NCBI GenBank assembly: GCA_964016885.1
Contig: OZ024753.1
Location: 42,098,001 to 42,162,000 of the forward strand
DNA length: 64,000 nucleotides
Direction of reading: 5' to 3'
Source: Eledone cirrhosa
Lineage: Eukaryota
The notes beneath the pieces were generated by a model, which ran no database searches, was not told the origin of the DNA, and worked only from the letters and a program-made list of their open reading frames with translations. This document shows positions 27,570 to 42,477 of the stretch, piece after piece. The translations under genes and the position numbers were made by a program. The stretch's first letter is position 1. The number at the start of each line of letters is the position of its first letter.

Positions 27570-28653
27570 TTAAATATTTGTTGACGTATTTCTAATGAAG
27601 GAATGTTCCCTGGGGTTAGGATCTTAACCTCCTGAGTTTGATTCATTAACTGGGTGGTCCATTGTGTGAGATAATTATGTGAGATAAAGCTTTTACTGTG
27701 AAAATATAATAGTATATATGGAGTAATGTAAATGCTAAAGGGTTAACATGTTTCATGCATGGCCTATGAATAATCTAATTAAAACAAATGGTGACACAGA
27801 CAACTAATTATTTAATGTTCACATGGATGAGATGGTTTCTTTGGACATTTACATAATTGTTAGATAAAAGTTTTTGTAGTCAACCATCCAACCATTTATG
27901 TGGGAGTAGATTTTAGTTGGGTCTTACATACAAGATCTAACTAGAATTTCATCATCTCTTGACGGAATGTCATGGATGGAAGCAAACTATGTAGGAAAAG
28001 ACCTGTACAACCCACACAAGCTCTAGTCAACCATCCAACCATCCCAACCATTTATGTGAGAGTAGTTCTTTAGATTTTAGTTGGGTCCTACATACTAGAT
28101 GTAACTAGAATTCCGTGGTGGTGTTGGTGATGGTGGTGGTAGTGATGATGGTGGTGATGATGGTAGTGGTGGTAGTGATGATGGTAGTGGTGGTGGTGAT
28201 GATGGTAATGGTGGTGGTGGTGGTGGTGGTGGTAGTGATGATGGTGGTGGTGGTGGTAGTGATGATGGTGGTGGTGGTGGTAGTGATGATGGTAGTGGTG
28301 GTGATGATGATGATGGTAATGGTGGTGGTGGTGGTGGTGGTAGTGGTGATGATGGTGGTTGTGGTGGTGACGATGATGGTAGCGGTGATGATGGTGGTGA
28401 TGGTGGTGGTGGTGGTAGCGGTGATGATGGTGGTGATGGTAGTGGTGTTGATGGTGATGATGATGATGATGATGATGATGACAATGATGGTGTATATTTC
28501 TAGCTGTGACAATGACATTGTTAGGGTTACCATATAACTGGATGTAATGAGTTTAATTAGGCTTCATTTCTCCCTCGTTTGGAATATAAGTAGTTGAGGG
28601 GTCAACTTAAAGGAGAGGAAGTACAGGGCATGTCTACAGGGCAGGTTGTAGAG

Positions 28654-28689
<36 letters not shown>

Positions 28690-28716
28690 CACTCTCTCTC
28701 TTATGTCGCTGAGAGG

Positions 28717-28749
<33 letters not shown>

Positions 28750-28812
28750 TTCTGTCTTATGTCGCTGAGAGGTCTCTCTCTCTCTCTCTCTCTGTCTTAT
28801 GTCGCTGAGAGG

Positions 28813-28843
<31 letters not shown>

Positions 28844-29421
28844 TATGTCGCTGAGAGGTCTCTCTCTCTGCCACTCTCTCTCTCTCTCTCTGCCACTCTC
28901 TCTCTTATGTCGCTGAGAGGTCTCTCTCTCTCTGCCACTCTCTCTCTCTCTCTCTGCCACACTCTCTCTCTGCCTCTCTCTCTCTCTGTCTTATGTCGTT
29001 GAGAAGTCACTCTCTCTCTGCCACACTCTGCCCTCCCCTCTCTCTCTCTCTCTCATGTTGTATAGAAGTGTCATATTCTCTCCCTCTCATGTTTTATAGG
29101 TCAAAGGACACAACATGCTGTAGAAGGGGGGAGGTTAACTCTATTATAACAATCACATTACTTTCTTTAGACATATTGTCTTGGTGGTGGTGGTGGTGGT
29201 GGTGGTGGTGAGGGTAGGGATGGTGGTGCCATTGTTGTTGTTGTTGGTGGTCATGACAGGAGAGGGGGGGGACGTTGTTGTCGTTGTTGTTGTTATTGCT
29301 GTGGCTGTTGTCTTATTAACTCTATTATAAAGATCACAGTAATTTATTCCTTCACAGTTTCTGTTGTTTTATTACAATAAAGTTGAAATAAAATATAAAT
29401 ATTGTCAACATTATTTTCCAT

Positions 29422-29650
29422 GGGTCGGACGCAATGCTTTGCAGCATAGAGTTACGGCCCTTTATGATCTGAGTTCAAATTTCGCCAAGTTTAACTTTGC
29501 CTTTCATCCTTACGGGGGTCGATAAAATAAAGTACCGGTCACACACTGGGGTCGATAAAATAAAGTACCGGTCACACACTGGGGTCGATTTAATCGACTT
29601 TCCCCTCCCCCAAAATTGCTGGCCTTGTGCCTATATAAGAAACCATTATT
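29422..29650 (+). mobile_element. Same SINE family with internal ~32-bp duplication
   Basis: B box and core; GGGGTCGATAAAATAAAGTACCGGTCACACACT occurs twice. Further copies at about 3055-3153, 5265-5412, 32740-32892 and 34300-34470. Confidence 0.8.
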
Positions 29651-31380
29651 TTCCATGGGATGTTATTTTTAACTCATTTAAACCATTATCTTGTAGAATA
29701 TTTATTTAACTCTTTAGAGAATACAATGATAAAAAGTGTGCCTTGAGCCCAGAGGCTCATTGGGCCAGTGCTTACCCTAGTTTCTGTGGCGTGAAGGGAC
29801 TGAGAGTACAAGACTGCCTCCTGGATAGGACACCAGTCCATCATAGGGTTAAATCCCTAGTTATTGCTGAGTATACTGGAGCAACAAGAAATGAAGTGTT
29901 TTTACTCAAGAACACAACACACAACCCAGGAATTGAACCCACGATATTATGATAGTAAGTCCAACACCCTTACCACTAAGCTACACAACTCCACAACACA
30001 AGTTTTTGTTGAAATACATCGTGAAGTTTTCCACAAGAGATCCTCGAATCAATAGGATTGTCAGAAGTTATATTTCTTCCTCTGTGGCACCTTCAAGGAT
30101 TTAAAGCGGTTAAAAGGAGGAAGGAAGTATCAAATTAAGAAAGTTATTTTTCTATTTAAATCTCTTCCAGTATCAGGTGGTATATTGGCAAAGTGGTTAA
30201 AGTGTTGGATTAAATGACTTAGCATTACTTCCGGCTCTCTGGGGTCTGAGTTCAAATTCTGACAAAACAATCCATCTTTGCCTTGCATTTTTTTTTCAGG
30301 ACGGAGGAAAATAAAGTATTTATCTAAAGGTGGTGATGGTGGTGGTGGTGATGGTAGTGGTTGTGGTGGTGGAGGTGGTGATGCTGGTGGTGGTGTGATG
30401 ACAGTCACAACAATAACAGAGCAGAAGAATAAGGAATGTTGGTGGAACATTCCAGTAAAACCAGCAACTTGGTACAAATACAATAGAACTATAGAACAAT
30501 AGTTCTATAGAACAGTTCTATATAACTATAGAACAACAGTTCTATAGAACTATGGAACAACAATTCTATAGAACTTTAGAACAGTTCTATAGAACAGTTC
30601 TATAGGTATATTGTGGAGAAAAAGGCATGCACTCTTGTTGAGGTCAACTATAAATGGAAACATCTACTTTGAGCTATTTATATATGTATGTGTACATGTA
30701 TGTATATATATATGTGTGTGTGTGTGTGTGTATGTATGTATATACATATATATAGCAGTATATACATATATATGTGTGCGTGTGTGTATGTATATACATA
30801 TATATAGCATGGGAAAATTGCCGGAAAACGGTGATGATGATATATAAATATATATTCTCATTGTTATATCTGCTTTTCCAGGATTCCATATATGAATATA
30901 GATGTATATACACACAAACAAATATATATATATATACATATCATCATCATCATCATCATATATATATATATATATATATATCAGTGACATTCCCTAAATA
31001 GATAATCAGGGTAAGCAATTGTTATTAATACAGTGAAACATCAACAAAAGACTATCACTGAGAGACAATACATCAAAATATTGTGAGAACAGAAAATACT
31101 TACACACACACACACATATACATACATAGACATATATAGACACATACATAAATAGACATACACATACATTGACATACACAGACAGACATACACATACATA
31201 GACATACACATACATACATACATAGACATACAGACATACACACAGACACAGACATACACACACATAGACACTCACATACACACACACACCCATACTCATA
31301 TGTAGTGGAGGAGGGAGATAACTCCTGGTGGAGGTAGAGTTGTAGAGGCGCCACAGTGACAGATGGTGTATATATATATA

Positions 31381-32075
31381 TTGAGAGAGAGACTGAGCAT
31401 AAGAGGAATCAAGTGCTGTGTGCAGGAGAGGCGGTTGCATTGGTATGGACATGTGATGCGTATGAAGGATGACAGCTGCATAAAAAGATGCAGAGCACTA
31501 GAAGTCGATGGAAACCGCAGAGTGGGGAGACCCAAGAAGACCTGGGATGAGGTGATAAAAGCTGACCTTACCCAATTATACCTCTCAAGGGCGATGACAC
31601 ACGACCGTGACCTCTGGCGTCATGCAGTAATACAGAAGACCCGACCCCCCACGGGTACAAGCCGAAGCTGAAGCATATAGACAATATGCCCCACACCCTC
31701 CCACTTCAAAGTGGTTGTGGAGGTGCCACAGCAAAAAGGCACCCAGCCCACACTGTAAAGTGGTTGTGGAGGTGCCACAGCAAAAAGGCACCCAGCCCAC
31801 ACTGTAAAGTGGTTGTGGAGGTGCCACAGCAAAAAAACACCCAGCCCACACTGTAAAGTGGTCGTGGAGGCACCACAGAAAAAAAGCTCCCAGCACTCAC
31901 TGTAAATGAGGTTGGTGTTAGGAAGGGCATCCAGCTGTAGAAATCAAGCCAGAATCAGTTCCTGTATGAGCAAGACAAGGTCAGCCGACCGGACACTACC
32001 CACAACAGGACAACCCGTCTAACCCATGCTAGCGTGGAAGAACGGATGTAAAACGGTGATGATGATGATGATGAT
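31381..32075 (+). mobile_element. RTE LINE 3' end (second subfamily) with long 3' UTR containing 49-bp tandem repeats
   Basis: [28 protein letters not shown]...GRPKKTW ORF end, then about four 49-bp repeats, GGAAGGGCATCCAGCTGTAGAAA and a (GAT)n tail. Confidence 0.85.
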
Positions 32076-33757
32076 ATATATATAGACATTTCTTTGTGAT
32101 TAAGAAGTTGTTTCACAACCATGCCCTTTAATATTGTCATATATTTGAATGACATACAGCACTAGATAGAACTAGATAGACAGCTATTCACCTGAATATG
32201 CCCCCACCCCCACCCCAATGTATCACAGATAACATTCCTAGATAATCTGGTATCTATTTACAGCAGTTAGGTCAATGTTTTACTCTGACCTACAACAAAA
32301 CTTGTATTTTCTACTGCCATCCATAAATCCAATATGGCTGCTGCTAACGATTCTATGAACAAGATTCCTTTTGTATCATGTTAATGGTAAGAAACTCACA
32401 GGAGAGCTGGACAACAGAAGGTCTTTAAAGAAGAACCCCCCCCCCCCCCACAAACACATACACACATTTGTCAAGCAAGTGTTTCGACCCTCTAGTTATC
32501 CATATATATATATATATATATATATGGATAGAACTTTTTCTCTTAACCCTCATGCTACCAAACTGTCTGAAAACTCCTGTAATTCTATGATACAAAGCTG
32601 TTTATTTTGAAGTGTTTATATTTATCTAATATCTAAAAGACTTCCATCATAAATGTAAGAACCTTTGTTAAGTTATATTCCAAGTACCAACTAAATACTG
32701 AGAATGTTAGTTGTATTTCTGGCATATAGTAATGGTCCTTTACATTCTGAGTTCAAATCCTGCCAAGGTTAGTTTTGCCTTTCAGACTTACGGGTTCGAT
32801 AAAATAAAGTATCAGTAATATAGTGGGGTTGATTTAATCGACTTTCCCTTCCCCAAAAATTGTTGGTCTTATGCCTAAATCAGAAACCATTATTAAGCTG
32901 GTGTTTGGAACATAACTTACCAAAGGTTCCTACATAAAATTATGAATTAAAGAACGTCTTTAGAAAAACATAAAAACTTTAAAATTAAGTTTTGTATTGT
33001 AGAACAACCAAGGACGGTTTCAGCCATTTTAGTATGATAAAGATCACATTGTCACAATTTCTGTTGATGAACCACCAGAAGAATGCACCGCTTGATCTAT
33101 CTGGGTTTTAAGGGGTTAATAAACTAAACACAGAAAAGGAACTGAGTTAATATTCAACATAATAAAATCTTGTGTCTTTGACACTTGCTATAGATTCCAT
33201 GTTAAGGTCATCAAACAAACATCTTCAGAAGGATTATAAAAGATCTGTTTAAATATCTACCCTACAACACAATTCTGGCTTTTCCTTTTGCTTGTAAGTC
33301 ACTAAAGCAATTGAAATCTGTGTTGTAGTAGTAGTAGTCATGGTGGTGGTAGTAGTAGTTGTGGTGGTGATGGTAGTAGTGGTAGTAGTAGTTGTGGTGG
33401 TGATGGTAGTAGTAGTAGTAGTAGCAGTAATAGTAGTAATAGTGGTGGTAGTAGTAGTAATACATTCAACAGATTTCAACTTACAAATATATATTTTCTT
33501 ATTTGCTTTCTTAATGAATGTAAGAACATTTCTAACAATGGAGTCTCCCAACACAGACCACTTCATAGATCTGTTTAAACTTACACTTTAACTATTGTAT
33601 ACACACACACACACACACACACATACATACATACATACATACATACACACACACATATGTATATAAATATATATATATACACACACACACACATATATAT
33701 ATATATGCACATATAGATATAGATATGCACATATATACATATGCACATATATATATA

Positions 33758-33799
<42 letters not shown>

Positions 33800-33804
33800 C
33801 ATAA

Positions 33805-33835
<31 letters not shown>

Positions 33836-34043
33836 CATAAATATATATATATATATATACACACATACATAAATATATATATGTATATACATAAATATAT
33901 ATATGTATATACATATATATATATATATAAACATATACACATATAGATATATATAAACATATACACATATAGATATATACACATATGCACATATATATAT
34001 GCACTATATGCACACACATTCATATATATATATGCACTATATG

Positions 34044-34076
<33 letters not shown>

Positions 34077-34196
34077 TATTTTCAGCTTACCTTAAATTCT
34101 AAAACTGAATAGAAACTATAAAAGTCACACCTATTACTGCAACTGTCTCTTTGGTAAATATAAGCAGACAAGAATAACATACACTACTTCTCCCTC

Positions 34197-34230
<34 letters not shown>

Positions 34231-34656
34231 ATCCCCCTTTCTCTCTCTCTGTAGACAAGGACTATAGATTGAACCAATAGGTTCAGAGAAATATTATTGT
34301 ATAGAGTTACGACAGTTTATGGTCTGAGTTCAAATCCCTTCGAGGTTAACTTTGCCTTTCATCCTTACAGGGTCGATAAAATAAAGCACCAGTAACATAC
34401 TGGGGTCGATTTAATCGACTTTCCCCTCCCCTCAAATTACTAGCCTTGTGCCTATACTAGAAATCATTATTGTAGTACAAATGGAAGATGTAGAATGAAA
34501 ACAGAATTTCTTAGTGTACCAATGGTTGTAGTTCTCATGATTGATAGTTGCTGTTGTTGTTGTTTAAACCCCAGGTCAACTGATCCCACAAACTTAGAGC
34601 CTTGACCATCAGGTTGTTTTGTATATTTTGGACTACATTATCTAACATACCCCTTA

Positions 34657-34886
34657 GGGCGGTGGATTGGCAGTATCGGTGGAGGGTCGGACGCCATGTT
34701 AGGGCGGTGGATTGGCAGTATCGGTGGAGGGTCGGACGCTATGCTTTCCAGCACAGTTATGTCCCATTACGATCTGAGTTCAAATCCCGCCGAGGTTGAC
34801 TTTGCCTTTCATCCTTACGGGGTCGATAAAATAAAGTACCAGTAATGCACTGGGTAATTGCTGGCCTTGTGCCTAAAGTAGAAACA
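34657..34886 (+). mobile_element. tRNA-derived SINE (Nin-like core), full length, with duplicated head and 20-bp TSD
   Basis: B box GTTCAAATCC and core CTTTGCCTTTCATCCTTACGGGGTCGATAAAATAAAGTACCAG. TSD ATTATCTAACATACCCCTTA at 34637-34656 and 34887-34906. The first ~42 nt are duplicated. Confidence 0.88.
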
Positions 34887-35794
34887 ATTATCTAACATAC
34901 CCCTTATATTTAAGACATCATTTAACCCTTTAGCATTTACATTACTCTATATTTACTATTGTATTTTCATGGTAAAGTCTTTATCTCATATAATTATCTC
35001 ACATAATGTCATGGGTTCGATTCCTAGACTGGCTTATGTGTTGTGTTCTTGAGCAAAACACTTCATTTCATGTTGTTCCAGTATACTCAGTTGAAAATGA
35101 GTACCAGAAGCAATAACTAGAGGTTTAACCCTGCAATGGACTGGTGTCCTATCCAGGGGGAAATCTTGTACTCTCAGTCGCTTCATGCCACAGAAACCAA
35201 GGTAAGCACCAGCCTGATGGACATCCGGGCTCGAAACAGACATTAACCTGTGATGGACTGGCGCCCTATCCAGGGAGTTGTCTTGTACTCTCAGTTGCTT
35301 CACACCACGGAAACCCGAGATAAGCACTGGTCTGATGAGCATCCAGGCTTGTGACAGACTTTAGACGCCATGACTAAAGTGATGTTCAGCTCTTCAATAG
35401 AAAAGGAAACTCATGTGAAGTTATAAAGTCAGAATACAGTATTTTTCTCTCTCTCAACAATACAGTATGGACACTTGACATAAAACATGAAATAGTTTGT
35501 TTGCTAAACAAAGCAACAGAGTTATCCCAGAAAAAAAAAAAGAGAAAACCCAAAATATTTTATCACCAAACAACAATAATTCTATTCCTATGAATATTAA
35601 TCATATCCTATCCTTTATATAAAAAAAAAAGATTATATTAATGTCAGAAGATCAACAATTAACAAATTCCTGGGAAGGTTTGTGTTTTTAAAGTGAAGCT
35701 GTTTGTCTAATGATCCTAAGGTTGTGGCTCAATTCCTGCAAGTGTATTGTCCTTAAGCAAGACACTTTACTTTAAAATATAACATCTATGTTAA

Positions 35795-36013
35795 CCCTTT
35801 AGCAATTACATTACTCTCAATATCCTATTATATTTTCGCGGTAAAGGCCTTACCTCATAATTACCTCACATAATATTGAATCTATGAGATTTTGATGTTA
35901 TTTATTTTGAGAACAAAACCTTAACATAAGTATGAGCGGACAGTTACAACTGGTTTGAACAGAAAGAGGTGAGAGAATTCTGGCCAGATACAGCTGATTT
36001 AAATGCTAAAGGC
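35795..36013. mobile_element. piggyBac-type MITE, same family
   Basis: TTAA|CCCTTTAGCA ... TGCTAAAGGC|TTAA; an adjacent duplicated segment shows the empty TTAA site. Confidence 0.85.
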
Positions 36014-36902
36014 TTAAATATAAACAGATTTATTGAGAAATTCCTGGGAAGGTTTGTGGTTTTAAAGTGAAGGTGTTCGTTTAATGATCCTAAGGTTGTG
36101 AGTTCAATTCCTGCAAGTGTATTGTCCTTAAGCAAGTCACTTTACTTTAAATATAACATCTGCTATGTTAAATATATACAGATTATTAATATAGTTGTTT
36201 TATTTGTCATCATTTACCCTTTATATATTTCTACCACATTTTACCAGCTTTTTGAAACTTATCGGTCTTTTATTACAAATCTTACATTGCTCTTTATTAA
36301 GTACACTACTTTATCAGACATGATATGTTGATCACAAGGCATAACAAGTAAATGACACTTGTCCAAGAAACCCCATGGTAAGATTGAAACTCAAACCTAG
36401 AGATTATGAAATAAACTTCTTAACCATTCATCCATGCTGCATCTACTCTAACATTCTATTCTTTGTAGAGCTTCTTGTTCTTGTTCTCTCCAAGGTAGAA
36501 ACGGAATCAAATTGAAAATAGACAACAACAACAACTACTACTACTACAACAACAGCAACAACTACAACTACAACTACTACTACTACAGCAACAACAGAAA
36601 CAAACTATTTAGCAAAGTAGAAAAATGTTGAAAAGAATTTTGAGACTTCAGTAAAAGAATAATTGTTGACATTATCAAGTGAAAAGTGAGAGGCAGTATC
36701 CATTCTGAAATATCTGAAGAGAAAGGCTCCATTGTTGGCAGGTCAAGAAATGTTATCTTGCTAACAAAACAGCAAGTGTTTTTTTTGGCAATCCTAGCGG
36801 AGGTTCAGCTTTTTAGACAAGTTAGCTAAAGAGACTAGTACTAGCTTTGCTAATTAGTACATATTTTATAGACACTAATACACACACACACTCTTATGCA
36901 CA

Positions 36903-36958
<56 letters not shown>

Positions 36959-37867
36959 GACATAAGCATTTTAACCCTTTCATTACCATATTTCTAATAA
37001 AAGACACTGCCTATGTCATTAACCCTTTCATTACCATAATTCATTGTAACTCATTTATACACTATATATGCACAGTATATACACTATATATACAGTATAT
37101 ACGCTATATATGCACTATATAGACTACATACCTTATATATGCTATATATACTCTATGTACACTGAGCGATGCGTTATGTCCTTGAACAAGACACTTCACA
37201 TTGCTCCTTCTGCCAGGAGATGTGACCAGTAGATAGTATCAACAATAAGAGATCAACGGAACTACTGTTTCCTGTGTTGATGATAAACACTTTAGAATGT
37301 AGAAATGGTTAACTGTGTGAGACTAATGATAAGGTTCATACCCAACAAGTGTTTTCTGACCATTTTGTTTACTAAAGTTGAGTTTAGATTTGTCAATCCC
37401 ATGACAAACTTCATATCCATCATGGGGTCCTTTTTGAAGCAATACTTTACAGCAGAATGCCCTTCCTTGTAGTAATCCTTATAGTTCCCCTCTTATGGTA
37501 TCCAGAGATATAATGTAACTGTTCTAATCATGATACACACAGTAAAAGAATGTACACAGACTTAATTGTTTATATAATTAGTGATATAGTGATTAAATAT
37601 ATTAAATATATTGTATGTAGGAGGAAAGAGAAAGTGGGAGAGAGATAGAGTGGCAGTGATAGAGTACATGTGGGTGGGTGTGAGAGAGCCAGAGAGACAG
37701 AGTGAGAGAGTGAGAGAGAGAGAGACAGACATACAGACAGATGGAGAGAGAGTGTGTATGTATGTATAATAGAGAAATAGAAAATGATAGACAGAAATAG
37801 ATAGAGAATGAATATGTAATTAGCATAACTGAGTCTTAGACCTCTGAACATAGCAGTTCCTGGGCTG

Positions 37868-39170
37868 TACTAACCCCTAGATAGGACCCTACTACTGACA
37901 ACTGAGACCATATTAACCCCTAGATAAGGCCCTACTACTGACAACTGAGGTCATACTAACCCCCGGTCAGGACCCTAACACTGACAACTGAGGTCATACT
38001 AACCCCTAGATAGGACCCTAACACTGACAACTGAGACCATATTAACCCCTAGATAAGGCCCTACCACTGACAACTGAGGTCATACTAACCCCTAGTCAGG
38101 ACCCTAACACTGACAACTGAGGTCATACTAACCCCTGGCTAGGACCCTAATACTGACAACTGAGATCATATTAACCCCTAGATAGGACCCTACCACTGAC
38201 AACTGAGGTCATACTAACCCCTAGATAGGACCCTACCACTGACAACTGAGATCATATTAACCATTAGCTAGGACCCTACCACTGACAACTGAGGTCATAC
38301 TAACAAATGGCTAGGACCCTAATACTGACAACTGAGATCATATTAACCCCTAGATAGGACCCTACCACTGGCAACTGAGGTCATACTAGCCCCTAGATAG
38401 GACCCTACCACTGACAACTGAGGTCATACTAACAAATGGCTAGGGCCCTACCTAGGCCTTCCGATATTTCAGGTTCCCTTTTGACACTTCAATCTTTAAC
38501 CCACTACCACTGTTCTAAGGTCATATTAACCCCTAGCTAGGACCCTGCTGGTACTTCAATCTTTAACCCACTACCACTGACATCTAAGGTCATATTAACC
38601 CCTAGCTAGGACCCTGCTGGTACTTCAATCTTTAACCCACTACCACTGACCCCTGCTGGTACTTCAATCTTTAACCCACTACCACTGACATCTAAGGTCA
38701 TATTAACCCCTAGCTAGGACCCTGCTGGTACTTCAATCTTTAACCCACTACCACTGACATCTAAGGTCATATTAACCCCTAGCTAGGACCCTGCTGGTAC
38801 TTCAATCTTTAACCCACTACCACTGACATCTAAGGTCATATTAACCCCTAGCTAGGACCCTGCTGGTACTTCAATCTTTAACCCACTACCACTGACATCT
38901 AAGGTCATATTAACCCCTAGCTAGGACCCTGCTGGTACTTCAATCTTTAACCCACTACCACTGACATCTAAGGTCATATTAACCCCTAGCTAGGACCCTG
39001 CTGGTACTTCAATCTTTAACCCACTACCACTGACATCTAAGGTCATATTAACCCCTAGCTAGGACCCTGCTGGTACTTCAATCTTTAACCCACTACCACT
39101 GACATCTAAGGTCATATTAACCCCTAGCTAGGACCCTGCTGGTACTTCAATCTTTAACCCACTACCACTG
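37868..39170. repeat. Compound minisatellite: 43-bp units (37868-38450) then 69-bp units (38487-39170)
   Basis: 43-mer AACCCCTAGATAGGACCCTACCACTGACAACTGAGGTCATACT; the 69-mer contains the same core plus a ~26-bp insert. Confidence 0.9.
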
Positions 39171-40442
39171 TGTGTGCATGTGTGTGTCCTAAGGTGTGTG
39201 TATATGTCTGTGTGTATGTGTGTGTATATGTGTATAATATTACCTTCTTGTTTAGCTTATTGTCTTAGTTCAGATCCCAGTCTTTATGCAACAAAATAGC
39301 AAGAAAAATTCCCCAATAGGGGGAAGAGGAGGGGGCGGGGTTCCAAGGGTCACTCCTGGAGAAAGGCCCACAAAAAGTGCCACGGTGACCCTGACCACAA
39401 GGGCAAGTGTCCTCACCCAGTTTTCCACCTCCAATCTACAGCAAGTGCACACTCAAAGCAAGCCCACTCACTGGAGCCATGCTCACCTCTCTCACCCACA
39501 AATTGCTGATTGAACAGGAGTTTAAATATATATGAGTCAACATTGTTAGAAGAAACCCATCCTTGTTTCAGTGTTTTTCTGACACCAGAAATGTAAGGAA
39601 TGGCTGGTCTGTTGTGATTGAGGTCAAACTTTAGATATAACACATACACATACACTGACATACACATACACACACTCACACACTCTAGACAGAGTGTGAG
39701 CTTTATAGTATAGACTGAGTGTGAGTTTTATAGAAGAGACTGAGTGTGAGCTTTGAGTCAAGACTTTCTCCCTCTTTCACATATACACTGACATACACAC
39801 ACTCACACACTCTAGATTGAGTGTGAGCTTTGAGTCAGGTCTTTCTCTCTTTCACATATACACTGACATACACACACACTCACACTCACACTCTAGACCG
39901 AGTGTGAACTTTGAATCAGGTCTTTCTCCCTCTTTCACATATACACTGACATACACACACACATACATTGATACACACGGGCATACACACACACCCACAC
40001 ACCCTCTCTCTCACACACACTGACAGACACTAACACACACATGCATACACCCACACTAACACATACACTACAACACATTACACATACACACCACATTACA
40101 CAAATTCACATACATGCATATGCACACACACACACACACTACCCTATACCAAGACATACACACTATCACTAACACACTCAGACACACTAACACATACATA
40201 CATACATACTTCTATAATTACAACTACACACACATCACCACCAACATACACTAACATATACACACATACACTTCTATAATTACAACTATACACCAACACA
40301 CACAAACATATACACACACCACCAACACACACACACACACTTCTATAATTACAACTAAATTCCACAATATTAGATTCCTTTGTTTTTGTTTTGTTTTTAT
40401 TTTTATCATTATTATTATTATTTCCCCCTGAAGTATTAAGTA

Positions 40443-40508
<66 letters not shown>

Positions 40509-41454
40509 GTATAAATATATATATGTATAATTATATATAAATATATATATGTATAAATATATATCTATATAAATATATATCTATATAAATATATATATGT
40601 ATAAATATATATAAATATATATATGTATAAATATATATCTATATAAATATATATATGTATAAATATATATAAATATATATATGTATAAATATATATCTAT
40701 ATAAATATATATCTATATAAATATATATATGTATAAATATATATCTATATAAATATATATCTATATAAATATATATATGTATAATTATATATAAATATAT
40801 ATATGTATAAATATATATCTATATAAATATATAAATATATATCTATATATATAAATATATATTTATATATATAAATAAATATATATATATAAATAAATAT
40901 ATACATATATATGTATATAAATACATACATATATACACACACACAGCCTGCTGCAGCTAACTATAATAGTTGTTCACTGAAGGATGAAGTTTAAACCAAG
41001 TGTGATGAATTTAATCACATGACAACAGCCTGTTTCTGTTTTAATGATATATTGTGTATAAACTTGGTCAGTGGTGACATCTGCCACACTACAACTGGTG
41101 GAGATCCATTGATAATGTGCCTCACTGCAACTGGTGGAGATCCTCTGATAATGCTCCTTATATATCCATAACAGGGGTTTCCCAACCTTTTCAACAGCCT
41201 GGTTTTTGTTTTAATGATATATTTTACAGGCAAAATGAAACCGGTGTGAAACCCAACACTGTAACCACCAAGCCATGTACCATCACACTTATAAACAATT
41301 ATAATCTAGAACCCCATAAATTCCATAGTTATTCACAAACTGTTAAATATTTCCAAAACAGACATAATTTGGTACATTTTATTTTCAGCCTATATAACTA
41401 GTAAGATATTATCTGTGAATGTAAACTAATGAAATTCCTTTCTGTGTATTTCAG

Positions 41455-42170
41455 CTGTGAAATGTGTGTGTGCTGCATATTTGAGACAGTGAAACTGAAA
41501 TGTATGTGTTGTGTATTTCAGCCAGTGTAGCTGTGAAATGTATGTGCTGTGTATTTCAGCCAGTGTAGCTGTGAAATGTATGTGTTGTGTATTTCAGCCA
41601 GTGTAGCTGTGAAATGTATGTGTTGTGTATTTCAGCCAGTGTAGCTGTGAAATGTATGTGCTGTGTATTTCAGCCAGTGTAGCTGTGAAATGTATGTGCT
41701 GTGTATTTCAGCCAGTGTAGCTGTGAAATGTATGTGCTGTGTATTTCAGCCAGTGTAGCTGTGAAATGTATGTGCTGTGTATTTCAGCCAGTGTAGCTGT
41801 GTATTTCAGCCAGTGTAGCTGTGAAATGTATGTGTTGTGTATTTCAGCCAGTGTAGCTGTGAAATGTATGTGCTGTGTATTTCAGCCAGTGTAGCTGTGA
41901 AATGTATGTGCTGTGTATTTCAGCCAGTGTAGCTGTGAAATGTATGTGCTGTGTATTTCAGCCAGTGTAGCTGTGAAATGTATGTGTTGTGTATTTCAGC
42001 CAGTGTAGCTGTGAAATGTATGTGCTGTGTATTTCAGCCAGTGTAGCTGTGAAATGTATGTGCTGTGTATTTCAGCCAGTGTAGCTGTGAAATGTATGTG
42101 CTGTGTATTTCAGCCAGTGTAGCTGTGAAATGTATGTGCTGTGTATTTCAACCAGGGAAACTATGAAATG
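41455..42170. repeat. 38-bp minisatellite (~18 units)
   Basis: Unit GTGTAGCTGTGAAATGTATGTG(C/T)TGTGTATTTCAGCCA. Confidence 0.92.
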
Positions 42171-42290
42171 TACTGTCCAGTCAGTGAAACTGTGAAATGT
42201 ATATGGTGTACTGTCCAGCCATGAAATGTATGTGGTATAAGTTCATTGCTGGTTTATCAACAACAGTTGTAAGTTTCACTTTAAAATAAT

Positions 42291-42477
42291 TGTTTCTACT
42301 TTAGGCACAAGGCCAGCAATTACCCCAGTGCATTACTGGTACTTTATTTTATCGACCACGTAAGGATGAAAGGCAAAGTCAACCTCAGCGGGATTTGAAC
42401 TCAGATCGTAAAGGGACGTAACTATGCTGGAAAGCATGGTGTCCGACCCTCTACTGATACTGCCAATCCACCGCCTG
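42291..42477 (-). mobile_element. Same SINE family, with TSD
   Basis: Reverse complement of the core; flanked by the direct repeat GTTTCACTTTAAAATAAT. Confidence 0.85.

Noticed and set aside
37868-42170. CRISPR-like regular arrays
   Set aside because: Head-to-tail units with no unique spacers, no cas genes, and a eukaryotic context.
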